From Patescibacteria group bacterium (GTDB lineage: Bacteria > Patescibacteriota > Patescibacteriia > JACQRZ01), in NCBI GenBank assembly GCA_038065255.1, contig JBBTRI010000001.1, positions 42,911 through 106,910 on the forward strand: a stretch of DNA of 64,000 nt. Reading direction: 5' to 3'. The position numbers and the translations under genes are program-made. A model generated the notes under the pieces. It did no database searches, was not told the origin of the DNA, and was given only the letters and a program-made list of their open reading frames with translations. Positions 41,429 through 50,542 of the stretch are shown here, piece after piece. Position 1 is the stretch's first letter; the number at the start of each line of letters is the position of its first letter.

Positions 41429-41493
41429 GTACAACTAACGATATCTGGTTCCGCTACGCTCCATAAAAACTTCCTATATCCCTGACGTTATTC
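41429..41493 (+). other. attC site
   Basis: GTACAAC (complement of the cassette's 5' core GTTGTAC) ...GATAT/ATATC... GTTATTC; 65 bp. Confidence 0.65.
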
Positions 41494-41614
41494 AAAAGCG
41501 CGGAGCGATTTTGAATAACACCGTCATACAGTTCAGAAAATAGCGATAAATTTTTAAATTTCAATAAGATATCGCTAATTTCCTCACCCAAACCATGCAA
41601 TTAGTTTCCATCCC

Positions 41615-41653
41615 TTGAAAACATATAAACTAATGTGTAAGATAGTTTATATG
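41615..41653 (+). promoter_or_regulatory. fic promoter with an overlapping 11-bp inverted-repeat operator
   Basis: TTGAAA-17-TAAGAT; CATATAAACTA-N10-TAGTTTATATG. Confidence 0.65.
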
Positions 41654-41675
41654 ATAAAAAACTAGCAAACTATCT

Positions 41676-42300
41676 ATGAAAATTGAAATTGGCCTAAATA
41701 TAAAACAAAAACCTGGAAAAATTCTTACACAATGAAAAATTAACTCTTCCCCTAATCCATATCGCACTTACCCACGCCCAATTTGAAACGATTCACCCAT
41801 TTCTTGACGGCAACGGCAGAACAGGACGACTGCTAATTACCATGCTTTTGTGCCACCGCGAAATGCTTGAGCGGCCAGTGTTATTTTTATCGTCATATTT
41901 TAAAAAACACAAAAAAATTTACTACCAAAAACTACATGATTATCATTTTGGCGAGGTTGAATCATGGGTTGATTTTTTTCTTGACGGTATTATTGAAACA
42001 GCCAACGATTCAATATCTATTTCAAAACAAATTACAAAACTGCGAGAAGACGATATGGCAAAAATTCAAGCGCTGGCAAAAAGAGAATCGGAAAGCGGTG
42101 TTTTGGTATTGCGAAAATTGTATGCTCAGCCGATTGTCTCAAGTAAAACAATAATGGAGTGGACAAAATTTTCTCGCGTCGGAGCCCAAAAACTTATCGA
42201 CAGATTTATGAACCTTGATATTCTTGAACTGAAGGACGCCAAAGAAACTTACGACCGCACTTTTGTCTATCGAAAATATATTGATATTTTCATGAAATAA
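41676..42300 (+). pseudogene. Fic-family gene with an internal deletion/frameshift
   Basis: ATG 41676 (MKIEIGLNIKQK) is out of frame with 41704-42300, which contains HAQFETIHPFLDGNGRTGR and a C-terminal HTH-like segment. Confidence 0.75.
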
Positions 42301-42508
42301 TCAGAGCAGCGATATGGCTACAGGGCGTTCATCCCTACCCCTATGCAATATTGATTGATGAATTCACCCCCATGATTGAGCTAAAAAAACTAAAAGTGAA
42401 AAAATAATTTACACCCGATACAACAAGTTATATGAAATTAACTTTGTCCCGCCTAACAGCGAAACCATTATAAATATTTAATTTCTTATCATAAATAACA
42501 GCAATAGT

Positions 42509-43033
42509 ATGATCGAACTAGAAAAAACCTACTTGGCAAAAAAACTTCCTGAAAATTTGAGAAGTTGCAAATTCAAGGAAATTATTGATGTATATTTACC
42601 TGAAAATAGCGAACATCCAAAATTAAGAGTCAGGAAAAATGGTAATAAGTTTGAATTAACCAAAAAAGAGCCTGTGAATGACGGAGATGCTTCACATCAA
42701 GAGGAACAAACAATAATTCTTACTGAAATTGAATTTAATTCTTTGAATCAACAACTTAAAGGTAAAAAAGTTAGAAAAATTAGATATTTTTATGATCATA
42801 ATGGTCGAATTGCAGAATTTGATGTTTTTCAAGATGAGTTAGTAGGGCTTGTAGTTGTTGATTTTGAATTTGCAACCTTAAAAGAAAAGGAAGATTTTCA
42901 AATTCCAGATTTTTGCCTTGTAGATGTAACTCAGGAAGTTTTTATAGCCGGTGGAATGATTTGTGGTAAGTCTTATGAAGATATTGAAGATAATTTGAAG
43001 AAGTTTGAATATAGTAAGTTATTTCTTGAATAA
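42509..43033 (+). CDS. CYTH-like (triphosphate tunnel) protein
   Basis: IELEKTYL (ExExK), KLRVRK, KIRY, EFDVF, VDFEF. Confidence 0.8.
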   Translation: MIELEKTYLAKKLPENLRSCKFKEIIDVYLPENSEHPKLRVRKNGNKFELTKKEPVNDGDASHQEEQTIILTEIEFNSLNQQLKGKKVRKIRYFYDHNGRIAEFDVFQDELVGLVVVDFEFATLKEKEDFQIPDFCLVDVTQEVFIAGGMICGKSYEDIEDNLKKFEYSKLFLE

Positions 43034-43050
43034 ATTTTTCTTTTGAATTA

Positions 43051-43500
43051 ATGATGACGCCTATTATGACTAGCGATATTCCTAACAATTTTTATAGAAC
43101 AAGCATCAAGGCCCTTATTTTAGACGATGAGAAAAGATTTCTGCTTCTACTTGAAAATAATGGATTGTGGGAATTGCCGGGTGGTGGCCTTGATTTTGGT
43201 GAAAAACCTTATGATTGTTTGGTGAGGGAACTAAAAGAGGAGATGAGTATTGATGTAACGCACATTAATAGACAACCATCATATTTTGTAACAGCACCCC
43301 GCACCAATGAACAGTGGAAATCAAATGTGCTTTATGAAACAGAAGTGAAGGATTTAAAATTTACGCCCTCGGATGAGTGTGTGGAGATAAGGTTTTTCAC
43401 CAAAGAAGAAGCATTGAAGGAAACTCTTTACCCAATTGTTAGGGAGTTTATAAAAGAGTACGATCCTGCTAACCACGAGACAAAAAAGAACATCATCTAA
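43051..43500 (+). CDS. NUDIX hydrolase
   Basis: WELPGGGLDFGE...RELKEE. Confidence 0.88.
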   Translation: MMTPIMTSDIPNNFYRTSIKALILDDEKRFLLLLENNGLWELPGGGLDFGEKPYDCLVRELKEEMSIDVTHINRQPSYFVTAPRTNEQWKSNVLYETEVKDLKFTPSDECVEIRFFTKEEALKETLYPIVREFIKEYDPANHETKKNII

Positions 43501-43564
43501 GGGTGCGTTAATCGACATCGCTTCGCTCGTCGACTAATGTCCGCGCCTACCGTCGCTGTTATCC
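43495..43564 (+). other. Degenerate attC-like site
   Basis: TTAATCGAC/GTCGACTAA stem around CGCTTCGCT; ends GTTATCC. Confidence 0.5.
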
Positions 43565-43641
43565 AATCCTCGCTTCTCGACGATCGCCTAACAGTGTATA
43601 GCAGGTTCAAGTAATCAACACCTCTTATCCCTCTCAAAATT

Positions 43642-44106
43642 ATGAAAGTTTTTATTGAAAATGAAGCTGGTTCAGACCAAAAAAATCTCTACAACGAGAA
43701 AACTTTGGAGTACAAAAAGACTGTAACGGTATCGAGAAAATATCCCTACTCTTACGGATTCATTCTTGACACAACAAGCGGCGATGATGATAACGTGGAC
43801 GCCTTTATTATCACTGACAAGGAGTTGAAAGCTGGTCAAATCGTGGAATGTGAACCTGTCGGGTTGATGGAGCAGATGGAAAAGTCGTGGGATAAGTCTA
43901 AGGGCGATGTAGAAGAAGTAGATCACAACGTCCTCATGATTTTAGAAGATAGCGGTCAAAATATTGTCAGTGATAAAGTAAAAGATAGCCTCACGGATTT
44001 CGTGCTCCATGTTTTTGACCACATTCGTCCAAACAAAAATCGGGTAGGGAATTTTCTCGACAAGGAACAAGCATTGAAATATATTGAAAGCTGTAAAGAT
44101 GTTTAA
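43642..44106 (+). CDS. ppa: Family I inorganic pyrophosphatase
   Basis: YPYSYGFI..T.SGDDDNVD (D-x-D-x-x-D type motif). Confidence 0.8.
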   Translation: MKVFIENEAGSDQKNLYNEKTLEYKKTVTVSRKYPYSYGFILDTTSGDDDNVDAFIITDKELKAGQIVECEPVGLMEQMEKSWDKSKGDVEEVDHNVLMILEDSGQNIVSDKVKDSLTDFVLHVFDHIRPNKNRVGNFLDKEQALKYIESCKDV

Positions 44107-44134
44107 CCAAGACGGGATAAAAATTTTCAACATC

Positions 44135-44930
44135 CGATAATAAGGTAATAGGCGGTTCCGTGGCCGACGGGGTGATTTTTTGGGTGGAATTTGGGTGGAA
44201 TTTATTCTTGAAGTAAATCGAAAGACTATGATAGAAAACAAAGTCAGCAAAAACAAAGTTATTCTGATGTATGGAAAATTTTCGGAAAAGATTGACGGTA
44301 CGCCTATTATTGATATTCCATTATGCAATCCAAGTAACGAGGGTAATTGGATGGGCTGGACGAAAAAAGAGTTAGAAAAGAAAAATTATGAAGCATACAC
44401 TCCACAAGTGACAAAAGTTTGGGAAGCACCATACAACGAATGGAAAAAGGTGATTGACGAAATTGGAGTTGATGAGAATACTACACTTGTTGGACTCAGC
44501 GCAGGAGGTGCGGCTGTAACAAGATATATTATTGAAGAAAAAAAGCAGATTAAAAAATTAATATTAATTGCGCCAGCAAGATATTCCGAAGGGGGTGTTG
44601 ATCTGTCTTCAACGAGTCATGAATTTTACGATTTTGAGATCGGCGATTCTGTAAAAAAGCAGATTAAGAATGGTGTTACTATTTTTTATGATACAGCGGA
44701 TTCTATTGTAAAATCGGTACACGTACAAATGTATAAAGAACAACTCAATGCTAAGGTCGTACTGGTTGAAGGTTATGGTCATTTCTCTTTTCTCATTCCC
44801 ACGTTTCCCCTATTATTAAAAGAATTACTTGCAAGCCACGACGAATAAAATTTCCTCAAATCTGAATTTAATTTTTGGCCGAAAAAATCCCTCCGTCGGC
44901 CATGGAACCGCATCCACGCGGACGTTAGGT
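44135..44930 (+). other. Giant attC-like inverted repeat enclosing a gene
   Basis: 44152-44181 is complementary to 44882-44911 at 27 of 30 positions; ends in the perfect core GTTAGGT. Confidence 0.65.
44228..44848 (+). CDS. Alpha/beta hydrolase (YdeN/RBBP9-like)
   Basis: GLSAGG nucleophile elbow, LILIAP, GYGHF; start placed at ATG 44228. Confidence 0.8.
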   Translation: MIENKVSKNKVILMYGKFSEKIDGTPIIDIPLCNPSNEGNWMGWTKKELEKKNYEAYTPQVTKVWEAPYNEWKKVIDEIGVDENTTLVGLSAGGAAVTRYIIEEKKQIKKLILIAPARYSEGGVDLSSTSHEFYDFEIGDSVKKQIKNGVTIFYDTADSIVKSVHVQMYKEQLNAKVVLVEGYGHFSFLIPTFPLLLKELLASHDE

Positions 44931-44957
44931 GCAATATCATTTTAATCTATTTTCTAT

Positions 44958-45554
44958 ATGGCAGACACAATTCTACTAAACAACGAAGATTATCACATTG
45001 GCGAGGACGGCCTTCCTTGCCTGATTCACTATGCACCAAAGGCTGGCGGCTCTCATTTCTCGGTAGTGATGGTCGCTGATTTGTTTTTACGAGGGTCAAA
45101 GATACTATTTCTTACAGCGTATCCAATGGCTAAGGATAATTTTTTGCAACAAATTAAAGGAGAGGAATCAAAAACTGCTTTTATCACCGATGAAGGTCAA
45201 CTTAATTCAAACGCCCATGCAATCATTCTAGAAAGTGGAAATGAAAAACTCTTTTTATCCGCTATGGAAATGCTTGATGATCTAAACGAACGCGTCGTTG
45301 TTATCAAAAACATGGAAGTATTCAGTGATACAGTTATTGATTCTTGTCTGAAACTGCAAAAAATCATCCTTTCTGGCGACATTGATAAGAGTTCTGCTAA
45401 AAAACAAATCAGTGAGAAGCAATATAAAACGATAGTCCTTTTCAGCAAGTCAGAAATTTCGTTGAAAGTCGAACCACCAGAACTTGAAAAGTACACAGGC
45501 TATCTATGGAGTGACGGCAAGGAAGGCCTTGTGAGTGTCCGAATGAAAAATTAA
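44958..45554 (+). CDS. Hypothetical cassette protein
   Basis: Starts 27 nt after the GTTAGGT core; no family recognised. Confidence 0.7.
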   Translation: MADTILLNNEDYHIGEDGLPCLIHYAPKAGGSHFSVVMVADLFLRGSKILFLTAYPMAKDNFLQQIKGEESKTAFITDEGQLNSNAHAIILESGNEKLFLSAMEMLDDLNERVVVIKNMEVFSDTVIDSCLKLQKIILSGDIDKSSAKKQISEKQYKTIVLFSKSEISLKVEPPELEKYTGYLWSDGKEGLVSVRMKN

Positions 45555-45646
45555 TTAAAATGATACTCTTCGCCCCAGCTCTCGAGACGTTCCACTCGAG
45601 CTCGGTCCTCAGTGCTTCTAGCTGCGTTTTGTGTTTGTTCTATCGC

Positions 45647-45725
45647 AGCTAACTCACCAATATTTGCGGCTGCTACCCCTTTGTTGTAATATATGGCAAG
45701 CATTGCATATTCAGAAACGTTAAGT
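45647..45725 (+). other. attC site
   Basis: AGCTAAC...AATATTTGC / GCATATT...GTTAAGT; 79 bp. Confidence 0.7.
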
Positions 45726-45743
45726 AAAATAGTTTATTTATGT

Positions 45744-46127
45744 ATGGAACAAAATCAATTTAGCCGGTATGCCCAGATGCATATAGACACAGCCAAACAA
45801 TCATTTGACGTTGATTTGAAATATGATGAAGAGTCCGTCTTGAAACTTGATGATATTATTCAATCGGCTTGGCCCGAGAAGCCACCAGTCCAAATAGATA
45901 GTGTTATACTAGTATTTGGCAGTTTCTTGGGTGAAGCCATTAAACACACTCTTGGTGGTGAATGGGTAAGAACAGAGCAGGGATGGGGTGTAAAAATTGG
46001 CGAAGCAACTTTGATGGTATTTACTAAGGTCAAGAAAAGGTTGTTAAATGGTATGGAAGATTCTATTTCCTACTATTATCAAAGCACGAAGATGATGTTA
46101 AATAATAATTTTAAAGATTTTAGATAA
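45744..46127 (+). CDS. Hypothetical cassette protein
   Basis: Start placed at ATG 45744 just after the core; GSFLGE...LGGEW motif. Confidence 0.7.
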   Translation: MEQNQFSRYAQMHIDTAKQSFDVDLKYDEESVLKLDDIIQSAWPEKPPVQIDSVILVFGSFLGEAIKHTLGGEWVRTEQGWGVKIGEATLMVFTKVKKRLLNGMEDSISYYYQSTKMMLNNNFKDFR

Positions 46128-46136
46128 ATATATCCT

Positions 46137-46550
46137 ATGTCATCAAAACTCCATATTGTGGCCATTACGGCATTCATCAAAAATCCGGAGAAGGACAAAT
46201 TTTTGGTCGTAAAGCGAAGTATGCATGAAATTGCCTATCCTGGAAAATGGGCGTTTCCGGGAGGGAAGACTGAACGAGGCCAAACAATTCTTGAGACATT
46301 GAAACGAGAGGTATTGGAAGAAGTTGGACTTGAAGTTGAAGATTACAAAAAATTTCTTAAGGATTTTACCTTTGTCCGCCCTGATAATGTCAATGTTGTT
46401 GGACTTTGTTTTGAAGTGATCGCAAAACCAGGAACAATTGCTCTTGCAAAAGATTTCGATGAGTACAAATGGATTGTACCCAATGAACTCAAGGATTTAG
46501 ATTGCATTGAGGGAATGGAAGAGGAAGTGAGAATAGGATTTGGTTTATGA
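46137..46550 (+). CDS. NUDIX hydrolase
   Basis: WAFPGGKTERGQ...LKREVLEEVGL. Confidence 0.88.
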   Translation: MSSKLHIVAITAFIKNPEKDKFLVVKRSMHEIAYPGKWAFPGGKTERGQTILETLKREVLEEVGLEVEDYKKFLKDFTFVRPDNVNVVGLCFEVIAKPGTIALAKDFDEYKWIVPNELKDLDCIEGMEEEVRIGFGL

Positions 46551-47281
46551 AAGTAGAGTCATTCACTCCATCTGGTTATGTAGCTGAATTGTTTGAAAAA
46601 AGAAAAAGTGGATCTGGACGGGAGAGTGCAAAAGAAGATCCTTTTTTGAAACAAGCACAAGTTGGAATTAGTGCAATTTGCGATCAATTTAATAATTCTG
46701 AGGATAGAGTGAAGGAAATTATTAATAAACTAGATCCATTTTTTGAATGGGTTGATAAAAGTCTTTTGTCAAAGGGTCAAATTTCAGAAATAAAACGGTC
46801 ATTATTGCAGTGTGCAGCTATTCATAATAAGAAAAAGTTTTTAGGCGCTGTTATTACGGTATTACAGCCTGCCATGGAAATAAGAAAAGCGCATGCTGCA
46901 GAATTTGAAGAAGCGCATGCAAAAGCCATGAATGAGTCAGAAGGATTTACTGAAATCAACAGGCTATTATCATATGGAAAGTCCAGTGATTTAATCCATA
47001 TTCATGCATCACTAGGAAAAACGGTTGAAAATAAACTATCATTATATCGCAGCGGACTGAGAAAACTGGCTGAAATAATTGATAGAGATCCGGATATTAG
47101 GCGTATTACAGCAACCTCTCCATTGGTTGCGCAACACCCAGGATTATTTACAATAGCTGGTTTTGCAGTTGAGGATATTTCTGATGATGTTAGAATGCTA
47201 CATTTCAAAAATGAAAAACAGGAAATTAAAAGGGCTTCCATTAGCCGGGAAGATTTTTTAAAAAAGTTTTTAAAAAAATAG
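46547..47281 (+). CDS. Hypothetical protein
   Basis: 244-aa AT-rich ORF with ATGA overlap. Confidence 0.65.
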   Translation: MKVESFTPSGYVAELFEKRKSGSGRESAKEDPFLKQAQVGISAICDQFNNSEDRVKEIINKLDPFFEWVDKSLLSKGQISEIKRSLLQCAAIHNKKKFLGAVITVLQPAMEIRKAHAAEFEEAHAKAMNESEGFTEINRLLSYGKSSDLIHIHASLGKTVENKLSLYRSGLRKLAEIIDRDPDIRRITATSPLVAQHPGLFTIAGFAVEDISDDVRMLHFKNEKQEIKRASISREDFLKKFLKK

Positions 47282-47286
47282 AGCGC

Positions 47287-47790
47287 TCAGATCTGCGGGA
47301 CTTTGCAGACTTTTTCCGCTTTGTCGATAAACAGTATGCCGTCGATATGGTCGATTTCATGCTGAAAAACTCGGGCTTGGAGTCCTGATGCTTTTATTTT
47401 TTTCTTTAAACCATTTCTATCGCAGTAGGTAATGGTTACGCTCTTCCATCGCTTGACACTGCCAAATAAATTGGGTACCGAGAGGCACCCCTCATCGCCG
47501 TTTTCCTTGAAAAGTGAATGTTGGATAATAACGGGATTGATAAGAATAATGGCTTCATGTTTTGCTTGTCGGAAATATTCATAGTTATGCGGATCCGGGG
47601 TTGTTACAATCAGCCGTATGCTTTGGTTTACTTGGGGAGCCGCTAAACCTATCCCGTCTTTTTCATACATTATCGGAACCATATCATCAATAAGTTTCTG
47701 AAATGACGGATCACTAAAATCCTCGACTTCGCGTGCTCGCTGTCGGAGTACCGGGTTGTTGTCGTGAATTGTGACAATAGGTAAAGTCAT
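47287..47790 (-). CDS. def: Peptide deformylase
   Basis: GIGLAAPQ, EGCLS, QHEIDH. Confidence 0.97.
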   Translation of the reverse strand: MTLPIVTIHDNNPVLRQRAREVEDFSDPSFQKLIDDMVPIMYEKDGIGLAAPQVNQSIRLIVTTPDPHNYEYFRQAKHEAIILINPVIIQHSLFKENGDEGCLSVPNLFGSVKRWKSVTITYCDRNGLKKKIKASGLQARVFQHEIDHIDGILFIDKAEKVCKVPQI

Positions 47791-47810
47791 AGTGAAATAC
47801 CTAGAGTATA

Positions 47811-49736
47811 CTAGAACGTTACTGGGTCAATGTCAATAAGCCAGTCATCAGAAATTTCATTGAAAAATGTTTCAAGCTCTCTCGGCAGGGGATCAATACT
47901 GCCTGTTTCACGGTTTATTCTGATAAGAAAATAAGGCCTCTGGAGTGAACGCATAGAGCTTGTCCGAAATAACGTAATCAGGTGTTTCATCGGTGCGATA
48001 GTAGTACGCATTTTTTTCATAAGCATTTCGGATGCATCGGGAATAAGCGCCGTGTGGTGGCGAGCTATGATTTTTACAAGACGGCTGTATGGAGGCCAGG
48101 AAAATCGTTTTCGCATGGCTTCCTGCCAATCGCAGAATTCTTTCCAGTCTGCACGGTAGAGCGTCTGGATAAAAAGCGAAGTAGGATCGAATGATTGTAC
48201 AACTGTCGTAATGCCAAATGTTGTTGCAAGAGCCCGTAAGCGCATGAGTGTTTGCCATTGGTACTCGAGCGATCTGAAATCGATGAGCGATTGCAGGGGG
48301 TCTCCAAGAATAATACCAATACATCCTATGCGGTCGAACCATTCCCAATGCTGCTGGAATGCGTGCGACGTTCCAATGATAATATGCGTTTGTATATCTT
48401 TTTCAATGTTACTATCTTCTTCTTTCGAAGTTTTTTTTTCCATACTCATTTCAACTACCGATACATTCGGAAAAAGCAAACGAAGTGTATTGGCAACTTT
48501 TTCGATCCCAACTCCGGAGAACCGAATGTCATGGGATTTGCAATGGGGGCAGTGCGGTGGGAGTTGTTCCGTGTGTTCACATGCCGTACATCGAAGGGAA
48601 TGCGTACGCACAGAGAAGCGCATAGGGAGCTTGCATTGTTCACACGCGAAAACATGTGAGCACACCGAACACTGCGCGAGTCCGGCATATCCTTTCCTGT
48701 TTAAAAAAAGAAAGACACCTTTTGATTCCGAAAGAGATTGCGAAATAGCGTTTTGCAATACATCGCTAATAAATGCCGTGTTGCCACTTCGAAAATGGTC
48801 TTTCAGATTAACAGTTTTAATGAATGCTAATGGTGTATGCGATTGTATCGATCGAATTGGAACTGAAGTCTTGAGCGATTCATGCATTATTTCGCATGAC
48901 GGCGAGAATGTGAGAAGTGTATGACTAATGCTTCTGCTCTGTGATATATATTCCACAACTGCTCGTGTAGAAAAACGCGGGTTCTGGTCGTATTGTTTGT
49001 AGTCTTTTGACTCTGCATCAAGAACAATAATATGCTCAAGTGAAGGGATATTCCACATCAGTGCATGCCGTGTTGATATGATAAGGTGGCACATTTCTTC
49101 GGCCGCAAGATCATAGGCATTTGCAAGTGATGATGCATTTGTTTCACTGGTAATACAGAGAGTGTCGTTGGGAAAGAGAGGAGCAAGAAATGCATGAATA
49201 AATACTGCATCATGGATAGATGGCGTAAGTATGAGTACTTGTTTTTTTTGTTCTTTACTATCCCGACAAATGTTGGTGATGATAGATAGGTAGCCTTGCC
49301 AGTCAGCAGCAACAATGGTCGAACGCCCATTTGGCACTGAAATGTCGCTCCGTTCGCCAACCACAATATGCGGAATAGTTATTGAGGATGGTTTTGAAGA
49401 ATTTCTGTTCTTGCGAGGTTGTACAGGAATAAATAGGTATGTTGCGCGTGCAAGTGAAACCCCATAATAACGAGCAAACCACTCAATAGCTGTTTTTTGA
49501 TACTCTGATAGATAGGGAGTTTTTCGTATAATTGCATCAATGCATTTAAGGTTCTGTTCGTTTTGCGCCACTTCATTTCGAATGTCCCACACAATTCCTT
49601 GGATTTTTTTATTCCTAAATTTGATTGCGACTAACTGTCCTAGGCACAAGTCGTGCGCAATGATGTCTGGCACTTCATAATCAAAATAATCGCAATGCCG
49701 TGCGAGTTTGAGTATGGGGACAATTGCTGCGATCAT
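47811..49736 (-). CDS. priA: Primosomal protein N' (degenerate helicase motifs)
   Basis: FDYEVP N-domain, YKQ..NPRF, LNRKGY, four CxxC pairs, WPPY. Confidence 0.85.
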   Translation of the reverse strand: MIAAIVPILKLARHCDYFDYEVPDIIAHDLCLGQLVAIKFRNKKIQGIVWDIRNEVAQNEQNLKCIDAIIRKTPYLSEYQKTAIEWFARYYGVSLARATYLFIPVQPRKNRNSSKPSSITIPHIVVGERSDISVPNGRSTIVAADWQGYLSIITNICRDSKEQKKQVLILTPSIHDAVFIHAFLAPLFPNDTLCITSETNASSLANAYDLAAEEMCHLIISTRHALMWNIPSLEHIIVLDAESKDYKQYDQNPRFSTRAVVEYISQSRSISHTLLTFSPSCEIMHESLKTSVPIRSIQSHTPLAFIKTVNLKDHFRSGNTAFISDVLQNAISQSLSESKGVFLFLNRKGYAGLAQCSVCSHVFACEQCKLPMRFSVRTHSLRCTACEHTEQLPPHCPHCKSHDIRFSGVGIEKVANTLRLLFPNVSVVEMSMEKKTSKEEDSNIEKDIQTHIIIGTSHAFQQHWEWFDRIGCIGIILGDPLQSLIDFRSLEYQWQTLMRLRALATTFGITTVVQSFDPTSLFIQTLYRADWKEFCDWQEAMRKRFSWPPYSRLVKIIARHHTALIPDASEMLMKKMRTTIAPMKHLITLFRTSSMRSLQRPYFLIRINRETGSIDPLPRELETFFNEISDDWLIDIDPVTF

Positions 49737-49745
49737 AGCAGTTTT

Positions 49746-50540
49746 CTAGAAGGTATACGAAATAATATAGTAACCCACACCCAAAGGGCCTTCATATGAT
49801 TGGAAATGTGGCTTGAAGTTCATGTGGTGGAGCATGCCACCCAAGAGGACAAATGCGTTAAGTCCGCAAACTCCCGCATGGAGAGCAGCATCTTTTTGGA
49901 ATGAAGTGATTTTTCTCACCGGCATGCGGCGTGAACGAAAAAGGGTAATGATATCTTGGTCAACAACTGTCGCTTCAAGCCGCAATCCTAACGGAGCGTC
50001 GGCAGTGAGGGCATGGGAGAGATCGCCGGACGCAATGACGGCAATACGCTTGTCCGATTGCTGTATAATCTTTTGGAGTACTTCGCCGTATGTCATCAAT
50101 GTTTTGAATGAGCAGTCAGGCGGTTGAATAACAACGATTTTAGTCCCTAGTGCGTTCAAAAGAATAAGCGGAACGCTTGCGCTATAGTCTAGCTTTTCAT
50201 CACTATTGAATTGTGAGAGGATGTGTTGTTCTTCAAGACCTCTTTTAATCGCAAGCGCTAGCACCGTATCGCATTTTATTTCTTTCTGGGTCACAAAATC
50301 CCCGAATTCTTCAAATGTTGCTTTTACTATTTCTCCGGTTTGAATGGTGAATGTATCCGAAATGCCCTTAGAGTCGGGATTGGTAATGACAAGAATAGTA
50401 TCAATAGTGCATTCTGAAAGTTCGACAGCAACTTTTGCAAAACTTTGAGAAGTCACCGATACTTTGTCGGCAACATCTTTTCCAATAGTAGGAAGAAGGA
50501 TGGGGGAGTGGGGGAGGATGGCACTATAGACAATGGGCAT
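49746..50540 (-). CDS. MEMO/LigB-like (AmmeMemoRadiSam protein B-type) protein
   Basis: PHSPILLP.IG, IASGDLSH, CGL, YEGPLGVGY. Confidence 0.8.
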   Translation of the reverse strand: MPIVYSAILPHSPILLPTIGKDVADKVSVTSQSFAKVAVELSECTIDTILVITNPDSKGISDTFTIQTGEIVKATFEEFGDFVTQKEIKCDTVLALAIKRGLEEQHILSQFNSDEKLDYSASVPLILLNALGTKIVVIQPPDCSFKTLMTYGEVLQKIIQQSDKRIAVIASGDLSHALTADAPLGLRLEATVVDQDIITLFRSRRMPVRKITSFQKDAALHAGVCGLNAFVLLGGMLHHMNFKPHFQSYEGPLGVGYYIISYTF

Positions 50541-50542
50541 AG

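Larger units (their letters stand above)
40104..45725 (+). mobile_element. Integron-like cassette array (CALIN-like; no integrase in window)
   Basis: Short co-oriented AT-rich ORFs separated by attC-like palindromes ending in GTT-N4 cores at 40166, 40744, 41487, 42427, 43558, 44924 and 45719. Confidence 0.75.

Noticed and set aside
42372-42407. MIELKK mini-ORF resembling the start of the CYTH gene at 42509
   Set aside because: The similarity is too short and A-rich to support a duplication.
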